DNA of 64,000 bases from Botryllus schlosseri (lineage: Eukaryota). Positions within the stretch are counted from its first letter, which is position 1; the number at the start of each line of letters is the position of its first letter. Positions 56,501-64,000 of the stretch are shown here, piece after piece. The stretch spans positions 41,602,001 through 41,666,000 of the forward strand of contig CM119371.1 of NCBI GenBank assembly GCA_051294905.1. The letters run 5' to 3'. The position numbers and the translations under genes are program-made. The notes beneath the pieces are model-generated. The model was not told the origin of the DNA and searched no databases. It worked only from the letters and a program-made list of their open reading frames with translations.

Positions 56501-59500
56501 ACTGTCGGTGAACTTATCATTTGATATTTTACAGCTTATAGCCTACTTTATGGGCCTACCGTTGTAGGTCCATTGTCTGCTCATGGTGAATCATAAACGG
56601 TTAATCGAAACAAATAGATTGACATGGTGTTATGCTCAACGTGGCGCAATATCCCAACGGGAGCACGACTGTTTGTGATTGTTTGTGATGTTGACAACAT
56701 TGTCATAATAAAGCAACATGGTGTGTCACCAGCAGTGTAGGCTAGAGGTGGTCAGTAACGAAGTACTTCTACTTTTTGGAAGTACTCAAGTAGTTTTCCT
56801 CTACTTCTGGCACTTACTCAAGTAGATCTGATTTTCTCTACTTCTACTTCGTAATATTTTGTGATCTACTTACTTACTTTTCGCTATTTTCAGTTTGTCA
56901 AGTAGAAGTAGTTTAATCCCCTAATACGAATGATAGCCTGACGAATTTCGAGGCTGTTTTTACCGAGTACCAACATTTAATATTCATAATAGTCAAGTAA
57001 AGCCGAGAAATTTTGTTGCGCTTCGCGAACAGTAGTTATATGGAGTGAGAAATATGTTTTCACGAAAGTATCAGTGAATATTATTTAGGTACCGGATTGG
57101 TTGATTCCTCTCGCACGTATTGTCGCCCAGCATATTAAATATTTCAAATATGGGCCACCATACGATTTGAAACTACCGTTTCGCAATCTAGCAATTAGGC
57201 TACCTATCATATCGTAATCCATAGCAGCCCATGACGTGTCCTGCAAATCTGGAAAATGCGGCTTTTTTGAACGTTACACCTGTTTTAGCAGATCACCTTT
57301 GAAGCTTTATGGACAAAAGACATGAAACATATTTTTCGCTTTTTAGAAGTGCTATATATATTTCACTTTCAATTCCGATGAGTATCATACTTTAAGTTTT
57401 AATTACTTTCAGTTCTTGTGTCCGCAGAACATACATGTTGAAGCATAAAAGCAAGTGTAGCAATGCCTCTATTTTCCGAAAATAAAGCTACACTAAATAT
57501 AAATTTTACGATCCAAAATATTTGTAATTATTGTATACTAATCGCGCAAAGTGTTGAAACGGTATCCGATACAACTTCTCCGTATTGCTCTTCGCCTAAA
57601 CTTGGGACCTTATAATATGGGGTAGGGCGCTATGTAATGATATTCTCTAAGACGGGGTTTTCTAGTAAACAAAGGGTTAGTATCGCAATTTGATATCAAT
57701 ACTATAATTTGCATCCCATGATGCGAAAGAATGCTTATTCTGTCGAAAATTGATAGCTCCTAGGATATGCATCAATACGAATCAAGCTCTGTGCACCTAT
57801 CGCATAACTCAATTTGCAGCTTTTGACAGTCCATGCGAACGAATTAAGACTGTTTTTAAAACTACTTACTTACTTGAGTAGACTTAAAGTCAGTCAATTC
57901 TACCTCTACTTCAAGTAGTTTTAGGTGGCTTACGGAAGAAGTACTTCTACTCGTACTTGAGTATATTTTTTGCCGCTACTTCTACTTCTACTTGAGTAGC
58001 TTTCTTGACTACTTTGACCACCTCTGGTGTAGGCCTACGGACAACTTCAGTGTTGTCAGCCAACAACTGCTGCTGTTGAACGCTCTTTCTCCATTCTTGG
58101 CAAGCTACTTATAGTAAGGACAGACACTTTCTATCCGAGAATGTAGGAAAGTATCTTTCGTAGTACTACAACACATTTTAATCAACTCTACCATAATACG
58201 TGATGTAGCTACTGGAATTCTTCATAGGGCCAGATATCGTTGAAATAAAGTTTTTTCATGTAAAAATTTGTCTGTTTTAAGTCAAAAACGCTTTTTCAGG
58301 CCAATCTACTTCTAAGGACAGACAGTCCCAACCAAAAATGAATATAAGTAGTACAGTGTTACAATTATGAGCGAAAACACGTAATTTGCATACATTGGGT
58401 CAACATTTGGTCAAAATTAAGGTTTTTTAGGTCAAAATCCTCTGTTTTTTAGGTCAAAATTCGCTCTAGTTCTTACCCCACATAGGTCAAATACGTGATT
58501 ATGACGTCATAAATAGTGAAAACATTTTTGACCGCCTACGGCACGCGTAACTTATGTAGGTGGTACGCGAGCACTGCATAAAACCTCGAAGTGGTGCGTG
58601 GATGGAACCACTGAATTGGACGGATCGCGAAAAAAAATTCAATATTAATTAAAATATCTCAAAAACTCGGGAGTGAATTCGTAATTTTAATTTGCATGTC
58701 GACGGCCGCCAACACATACTAATTGAATTAGTTGTCGAAGGCAGCAAAAATTCCCTTATACGGCCGCACTTGCCCATACCGGATCTAATAGTATAGTATA
58801 ATATAGTATATCTATCTACGCCAAGTTTGAATCCGCATTCCAGTTGTTGAGTCTTTCACATTTCTGACAAATTTCCCCAAACTTGTTTGAAAATAGCAAA
58901 AACTGTGAACAGGACATCAATTAATTTCAAGGTATAGTTTGCGCTGCGTCGTTCTGTCCTGCCATGCTAAATTTGATAAGTTTTGGAATTGAATTAAATT
59001 GTGCTGACTTAGCAGCCTAATTGAGGGTGAAACCGGGCGACCTATATTGCATCTAAGTCTGTCTTAGGCAGTGCAATTCGCCAGCTAATAACAACAGCTA
59101 CCCAGCGCACCGAACTTGAGGCTACTGCCAAAGCTTTGAAGTAATGAATGACTTAGACATTGGAATTGCTGTAAATCTTTTAGGAATATCAAATATTTGC
59201 TCAAATGAAGTTAAAATCAGCCTTGTTGAGCACGACTGCGGGAGTTTGAATTTGGCGAGCTTTCTTGAATACGAAATAAGTTTCAACTTCAACAATCGTC
59301 TTCTCAGAATGGTTGTATACTTTGTTGCGCCGATAGCAGACGATATATATTAACGTAAGACCTTGGTAGCTTTCACACTATATTTAACTTAAAAATAAAT
59401 AGAGTTAAATAGAGTGTGAAAGCTACCAAGGTCTTACGTCAGAATGGTTGTGAAACACATGTTTAGTCAGAATTCATTTTCGGTTTATCGCCCTCCCCCC

Positions 59501-62500
59501 CTGAGAGCCGCCCGAGTCCCCCAAGGGGCTATGAATACTAGTGAATGAATACTAGTCAGCCTTCAGGATAACCGGACCACGACCTAACATATCGATGCCA
59601 TCTCATTTTGTCGCTTGCCATTTATATTTTCTGCTTTATTGTTCTTTCACTTGGCATGCCTCTTTTCATCGCGAAGGTCTGATTTCAAAGACTACTCCAA
59701 ATCGTTTCGACAACTTCCTGTCTTTCATTGCATCGCATGGTGTTTTGAAATGATAAAAAATAAAATTACATTGATACTGACTATTTAATCCACGTGCTCA
59801 TGTGTCGCATGCCTAATTGTCGCATTATGAAGTGGCGCAAGCTCTATAATGTCGTACGCTCATTAGGGCTGTTCAAAAATCCTTTTTTTCGGATTTCAGC
59901 CTATCACTTATCAGGTTACCCTAAAAAACGCTGCACACCAAATTTGGTTCAGTTCTAACAAGTATAAGAGTCTGCAGACGCAATTAATATTATTCATTTA
60001 TTAGGGAAAATTAAAACAAAATTCAAATTTTTCTGTCAACCCCATGAAATTGAGTTATTTGAGTTTTTCGTTTGTAATTCAATCTGTATATTTGCACAGA
60101 TCAGGAAAAACACTTGTCACTAATTTGCTAACACATCAATGAAAAAAGTGTTTCAAACTTTAGGAAGTCCGCCCCATTGACCTCCAGCTTTTTTTAAATG
60201 TTTCCACAAACCGCAAACAATCTGACAATCGAAAATAATTGGTTTAGCAAAATATTTCACCCCATCTGTAGATCTCAAACGAGGTTGGACTCAGCGGAGA
60301 ATCAGTCTGTTTGACACAAGTAGCAGTAATGATGTCAAAGTAAGCAGCTTTGCAACTACTCCGCACTGGGCTGACAAAAACTGAATAGACATAGAAGTAT
60401 CATTTAATGACAAGGTCGGGAATAATTAGGCAAGCACTACTTGACAGGGCAGGGGTGGAAGTAGTGCTATCGATTCCAAGTTGGTTCCAAGTAGAAGTAG
60501 GGAGTTCCAAGTTATGCCCAAAAACTTCAAGTCAACTAATTTTTTGAAAAAGTAGAATCGGTTCGCAAGAGGTAAGAAGTAACGATTTCAAGACTACTTG
60601 AAGCCGTGCAAAATGAATGAGGTGAGAATGCTCCAACGCCCCATTTCACCCCATGGTCGCACACAAGCAGTATCGCAGTTGTAGAAAGCTTCACCAAAAA
60701 TAACTGCTATTGGAATTGATCTCAACCTCTTATTTCCAGGCTCCAACGGCCAACCGTCCGACAACGAGGACTCTCAGATGGTTGGAAATATCCGCGCCAT
60801 GTTCGAGAACCGGAAGCAGGATAAGAAACAAACAAAGAAACAGAAAACGTGAGAAGCGTGCTTAGTGTAGTGCGACGGTGACGTCACAACAGCGCACGCG
60901 GTTGGATTCGAAACTCGGGCTCTGATTGGCGAGCGCTCGTGCGTGCACTGTTGTGACGTCATCGTCACGATTCGGATCCGGTCGTGGCCGTTCCATCTCC
61001 GGAATGCGATTTCGTCTCCGGATCGAGAATCCTGAACGAGGCGAGCTTCGTATTCACAAACTCTGCCTCTTATTCGACCTCCCGACCCGCGTGTGTGACG
61101 TAGGCCTAGCCGACAATGGTTTGTGAATACGGGGCTTGTTTCGTTGCAGGACTCTCGCGGAGATGCTCGACCGAGACCGACAGCAGTGTGACGTCACCGA
61201 CGTGGGAAGCGTGAAGGCCATGTGGCAGTCGATGGCGTAACAATCGACACAATCCCTTTACACGACATGCCATTCTCCGCAATTGTGACGCGCAATTCCT
61301 CCAGCCAACTTTTGTTGCGTTCTATGCAAAGACAATAGCAATAACAATGCTCAGTTCCAATTCTAATTCTTTTGTTTCTAACCGCGTGTAGTTGGACTAA
61401 TAAAGATGACGTAACAGACGAATATTCTTGAGAGCCGTGTAACAAGAGGCTTTAGTCAACGACTATAACAGTTGGGATGACTTTCGGTAGCCAACCACTG
61501 AATTGGTGTAGAACACTATTGTACGGATGTGCCGATTGGCATCAAACCTTCGCTGCGTGTCCCGATAGGAGTAACCTGACTGAGTAACACAAAATGCTGC
61601 TACTGTCTTTTAAACAAGTGATTTGTGGTACAGAACTTCAGAATAACGCGAAACAATAACTTCATATTGTTAATTTATTCGCTAAAAGCTTTTCGACTAA
61701 CTCTCATCAGTAGCGAACGTTAGTGATGGGGTGAATCAAATTCGAAATGTAAGAACTATTTTGTCTGTATGACGTAATAATAACAAAAACAAACAACTAG
61801 TAGACGGGCTGGATACGGTAGTAACGGTACAAAACAAACGTTACGAGTACATATTCGGTTATAAATAACCGAAAACACAACACATAACATTAATGAAATA
61901 TTCCAAGAGTGTAGAGGCGTTCCTTCTGGCGACAGAGAATCGGCTTTCGTAGCTTTATGATCGTAGATTCCAGGACCTTTAAATGAAAAAGAGAACGGCC
62001 ACGAGCAAGTATAGAAAATTGACTGTCGTTGTAATGATCAGCACAATCTGGATGGGATAAGAGATGCTGTCCAATAGCCGAATTACAAGCAGTAACTTGA
62101 TCATAATCACGCAGTGTGTCAACAGACTGCGATGAAGGAGTTTTAAGCTCAACTCAGTGCAGACAGATAGATCGATTTCCCATAGGTTGTCTGTAGCCAT
62201 TAATCACAAACGCTCATGTTTGTCGAGAGCACTTATCAAGATGGCGTTTTGTTGTGTTAATGGCGTTATGACGACACTTCACGCCGAGGGTCGAAATATA
62301 ATTCGCTCACTTACGCAAAGATGCGAAACTAGATAGTGCTAGCAGTTTCAGGTAGCTTCGATAATGGAATTGTGATAGTTTAGTGATATTTAGTGCGGAA
62401 ATGATGGAAACCAGTCTTTAGCGAAAACTTCTGATTGCTAAAAAATATGTTTTGAGATAGTCCAGGCTATGACAGTAACCCAAAATCGTTCTATCCTAAA

Positions 62501-63409
62501 TGGTAAGGTTCAAGACTACTTCGACTTATTTAAGCTCTACTTTAGGCTAATGTTACTTGGACTATTTTCAGTTCGCAAGGCAAAACTGGCCCTAGAATAG
62601 GGTTACCATACGTCCTCCTTTAGGAGGATTTGTCCGCCTTTTTCCTCGGAGGACGCCCAAATGTACTCTTTTTTGAGAATTTCCGTCAAATTGACTGTGA
62701 AATAGGAGTGAAGTACCGTAAATCAGCCCGGCAGAAAAGCTCCGGCGGGCATTTTGGGAGTCGAGCCGGAAAAATGACATCTTTTTTTAGTCAACCACCT
62801 GTAATCGTGACGGAAAAACCTGCATTTTGGGCGCTCGGCGAGAAGGTTGACTTTAGATTTTTCTCCGGAATTCTTGGTGTGAAAATTTTGAAAAACTATC
62901 CTATTTTTCCGATTCCAAAGTATGGTAACCCTACACTAGAATAAATTAATGTTTTACTACTTGATAACTATGGTGGTAACTGAGAACCTCTGCTTCTGCT
63001 TCAAGAACATTTTGACCACTTGGACTACTGACTCAAGTTATCATGAATTTAGGCTACTTCTACTTGACGGTTTTCTAGCATCTTTTCCACATCCTCGAAA
63101 ATCGCTATAATTCCACCTAACTTCAGCATAATAGTAGCATTTTTCTTCTACTTGACAGCTTTCAGTTTTGAAGCCAAACCAAGTCCTATAATATTGACAT
63201 ATCAGTAGATTATAATAATCCGTAGATTCGTTAGCGATTGTCAAAATAGATCATTTTTGATTTAAGCTATAGTTTACGTTATACAGTCAATTCTTTCAAC
63301 AACGGAACAATACTGCAGGTGAAGGTGTTAATATATTCATGAAATGCTTTTTTTATTTCGCAGCTCTGAAAGCGAACCGCACAAGAAAAAGCATCGCTCT
63401 AATGTCCAG
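41536..63409 (+). CDS. Multi-exon gene, uncharacterised Ser/Lys/Pro-rich disordered protein with repeated short helical motifs (~750 aa in the window, 3'-incomplete)
   Basis: 18 GT-AG exons chain with consistent phase and no stop: 41536-41597, 42444(or 42474)-42616, 44405-44504, 44948-45043, 46345-46373, 46430-46499, 46785-46909, 47213-47284, 47437-47657, 47946-48009, 53688-54288, 54356-54470, 54579-54758, 54818-54888, 54945-54997, 60740-60848, 61150-61236, 63364-63409. Confidence 0.8.
41857..41890 (-). ncRNA. Candidate minimal type I hammerhead ribozyme in a dispersed repeat; related copies at 42075-42108 (+), 36096-36135 (-) and 50586-50619 (+)
   Basis: The minus strand reads ACCC-CUGACGA-GUGUCAGCC-GAAA-ACAU-UC-GGGU. 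This gives an intact core, a 4-bp stem I, 1-bp stems II and III, and a UUC cleavage triplet. Confidence 0.5.
42113..42395. mobile_element. Short MITE of the TAGGGCGATTTTT family (same family as 56369-58468)
   Basis: TTGGGCGATTTTTTTGAC ... AAAAATCGCTCTA ends and GTCAAAA subterminal repeats. No TSD. Confidence 0.7.
42444..42616 (+). CDS. Exon 2 (...DASTKDE...NVIEKTAKFDS...KAVTR)
   Basis: Acceptor at 42443 or 42473, both phase 2. Donor G|GTCAGA, phase 1. Confidence 0.65.
44405..44504 (+). CDS. Exon 3 (DSNSFKRQSGKVSERLSKFESS...)
   Basis: TTTTCAG acceptor and GG|GTGAGT donor; phases 1 to 2. Confidence 0.8.
44652..44891. mobile_element. 240-bp hAT (Charlie/Buster-like) MITE
   Basis: TIRs CAGTGGTTCTCAAAC/GTTTGAGAACCACTG. 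TSD TCTTCGTA/TCTTAGTA matches 7/8. Confidence 0.9.
44948..45043 (+). CDS. Exon 4 (SNTSDLVRKKSLRSEKISDRIAKLETKNAQE)
   Basis: TTTTACTTCAG acceptor and AA|GTAAGT donor; phases 2 to 2. Confidence 0.8.
45531..45784 (-). mobile_element. Uninterrupted copy of the repeat that hosts the BEL/Pao element
   Basis: Homologous to 27075-27141 plus 30088-30320. A related copy lies at ~59865-60050. Confidence 0.65.
46345..46373 (+). CDS. Exon 5, 29-nt micro-exon (KSDSASSSK)
   Basis: TTTTTCAG acceptor and A|GTGAGT donor; phases 2 to 1. Confidence 0.7.
46430..46499 (+). CDS. Exon 6 (NSSATSSRSSISDTVTSTGKTLT)
   Basis: TTCTTTCAG acceptor. The donor AG|GTCCAT is weak; phases 1 to 2. Confidence 0.6.
46785..46909 (+). 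CDS. Exon 7 (AQQALESHKSRMRSSKSDKKSPK...)
   Basis: CTTCAG acceptor and G|GTGATT donor; phases 2 to 1. Confidence 0.75.
47213..47284 (+). CDS. Exon 8 (AQSNSKDKGREMNVIIKELAQIEP)
   Basis: CGCAG acceptor and G|GTTTGT donor; phases 1 to 1. Confidence 0.75.
47437..47657 (+). CDS. Exon 9 (DSREEERK...DYTPEEAIH)
   Basis: TTTCAG acceptor and CAC|GTGAGT donor; GC-rich; phases 1 to 0. Confidence 0.85.
47946..48009 (+). CDS. Exon 10 (ILQRLCDQVRTGDENVKVEQT)
   Basis: TTTTTTCAG acceptor and G|GTTCCG donor; phases 0 to 1. Confidence 0.75.
53688..54288 (+). CDS. Exon 11, Ser/Pro-rich with 12-aa SPxKSPxKSxSS repeats
   Basis: TGTTTCAG acceptor and AG|GTTCGT donor; 601 nt open; phases 1 to 2. Confidence 0.85.
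53912..54073 (+). repeat. 36-nt coding minisatellite (~4.5 units)
   Basis: TCTCCACTTAAATCTCCGGATAAATCCGTATTCTCA-type units. Confidence 0.85.
54356..54470 (+). CDS. Exon 12, acidic (LQKCWLDESDSDS...WLGYDPED)
   Basis: TTCCAG acceptor and GAC|GTGAGA donor; phases 2 to 0. Confidence 0.85.
54579..54758 (+). CDS. Exon 13 (DRSHVSVGRTASSAQEMMRMWEEK...)
   Basis: TAGCAG acceptor and CAG|GTTTGC donor; phases 0 to 0. Confidence 0.85.
54818..54888 (+). CDS. Exon 14 (PRTVGGAKALFENLSKSPRKSPL)
   Basis: TTGCAG acceptor and AG|GTGAGT donor; phases 0 to 2. Confidence 0.8.
54945..54997 (+). CDS. Exon 15 (SPRKRIELGSESSNEFQ)
   Basis: TTTTCAG acceptor and G|GTTCGG donor; phases 2 to 1. Confidence 0.75.
56743..58026. 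mobile_element. Inner hAT MITE (TAGAGGTGGTCA / TGACCACCTCTG)
   Basis: Perfect 8-bp TSD GTGTAGGC at 56735-56742 and 58027-58034, with TACTTCTACTTGAGTA subterminal repeats. Confidence 0.9.
58042..58172 (+). pseudogene. hAT transposase C-terminal (dimerisation) remnant
   Basis: QPTTAAVERSFSILGKLL[frameshift]SKDRHFLSENVGKYLS*YYN matches the hAT T[SA]xxVERSFS motif. Confidence 0.8.
59353..59439. repeat. 87-bp near-perfect palindrome (37-bp arms, 1 mismatch, 13-nt spacer)
   Basis: The left arm 59353-59389 is the reverse complement of 59403-59439. Confidence 0.95.
60740..60848 (+). CDS. Exon 16 (GSNGQPSDNEDSQMVGNIRAMFENRKQDKK...)
   Basis: TATTTCCAG acceptor and AC|GTGAGA donor; phases 1 to 2. Confidence 0.8.
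61150..61236 (+). CDS. Exon 17 (TLAEMLDRDRQQCDVTDVGSVKAMWQSM)
   Basis: TTGCAG acceptor and GC|GTAACA donor, phase 2. If unspliced it would stop at 61238-61240. Confidence 0.75.
62598..62933. mobile_element. 336-bp hAT MITE (TAGGGTTACCATA TIRs)
   Basis: Perfect 13-bp TIRs. TSD CCCTAGAA/CACTAGAA matches 7/8. Confidence 0.9.
63364..63409 (+). CDS. Exon 18 (SESEPHKKKHRSNVQ); the gene probably continues beyond the window
   Basis: TTTTTTTATTTCGCAG acceptor and CAG|GTAAGT donor; phases 2 to 0. Confidence 0.7.
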
Positions 63410-64000
63410 GTAAGTTATTATGATATTTTTCCGGGAAAATGTTCGATTACGGAGCCTCCCGGATATGACTGGCTCGATCTCCAACTGGTTTGCTATCCGA
63501 AAGACATTTTGCTCTGACAGAGAGCCTAAAACGTCACATCCTATCGCAAATGATTCAGCCTCTAGTACGGAGCCTATAGTCCAGGAAGCAGGCTGCAGTT
63601 TGCTAGGCAGCTCGCTGATTATACTCGAAATATAGAGGCTTCCAGCCTCTGTTGTTGAAATGTGACCCTCAGCCTGATAGCTCAATGGATGAATAGGTTA
63701 ACTTAATTGTAGTTTACATTTTTGATATCCTGAGCATAAGCAATATGTAGCAATATGTGTTCGAAATGTCTGATAGCCTGATGGCAGAATACATGAATAC
63801 TGAATAGGTTAGCCAGCCGTTCTTTGTTGATTACAGTGTACGAACAATGTGCTGTACAATGTACATACACACTGGACACTCTGTACAGTGGTTTAAATAT
63901 ATCCTGAACCTAAGCTGGTAATTAGGTACAAAAAAGCTTAATAATAAGTCTGATAGAATCGCTGAATAGCTTTGCTTAGTTATGTTCTCTGATGAAATGA

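Larger units (their letters stand above)
56369..58468 (+). mobile_element. Middle hAT deletion derivative retaining the transposase C-terminus
   Basis: TIRs TAGGGCGA/TCGCTCTA. TSD GTTATTAC/GTTCTTAC matches 7/8. Confidence 0.82.
56153..58613. mobile_element. Outer hAT MITE (CAGTGGTTCC TIRs) carrying two nested insertions
   Basis: Perfect 8-bp TSD AATTGGAC at 56145-56152 and 58614-58621. Confidence 0.88.

Noticed and set aside
60846-61240. Stop codons overlapping the donors of exons 16 and 17 as a regulated truncation switch
   Set aside because: Any phase-2 intron starting GTGA/GTAA gives this automatically.
63353-63685. 110-aa minus-strand ORF with faint death-domain-like spacing
   Set aside because: Weak resemblance only, and it overlaps a well-supported + strand exon and donor.

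Overview
Eukaryotic, most likely invertebrate animal, genomic DNA. It is AT-rich, has short GT-AG introns of 56-110 nt and is dense in hAT-type MITEs; an ascidian/tunicate origin is my inference, not verified. There are no prokaryotic genes, CRISPR arrays or rRNA. (1) 1-26191 is a head-to-tail tandem array of a ~9.56-kb unit (2.74 copies visible, about 99.9% identical). The unit is mostly transposon debris: a 32-bp minisatellite, MITEs, a non-LTR RNase H remnant and a tRNA-derived SINE. (2) 27142-30087 is a decayed gag-only BEL/Pao LTR element with an N-terminal SAP-like domain, inserted into a MITE. (3) 30.3-41.5 kb is MITE and satellite debris plus a dispersed repeat whose consensus folds as a minimal type I hammerhead ribozyme (Penelope-like). 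(4) ~41.5/42.4 kb to beyond 63.4 kb holds a phase-consistent 17-18 exon + strand gene (~750 aa in the window). It encodes a disordered protein with seven exon-borne copies of a V-x-x-x-x-x-x-[FWL]-[EDQ] helix-like motif and a CDK-site-rich SPxK repeat. One intron holds three nested hAT elements. All annotation was done by eye, without database searches.
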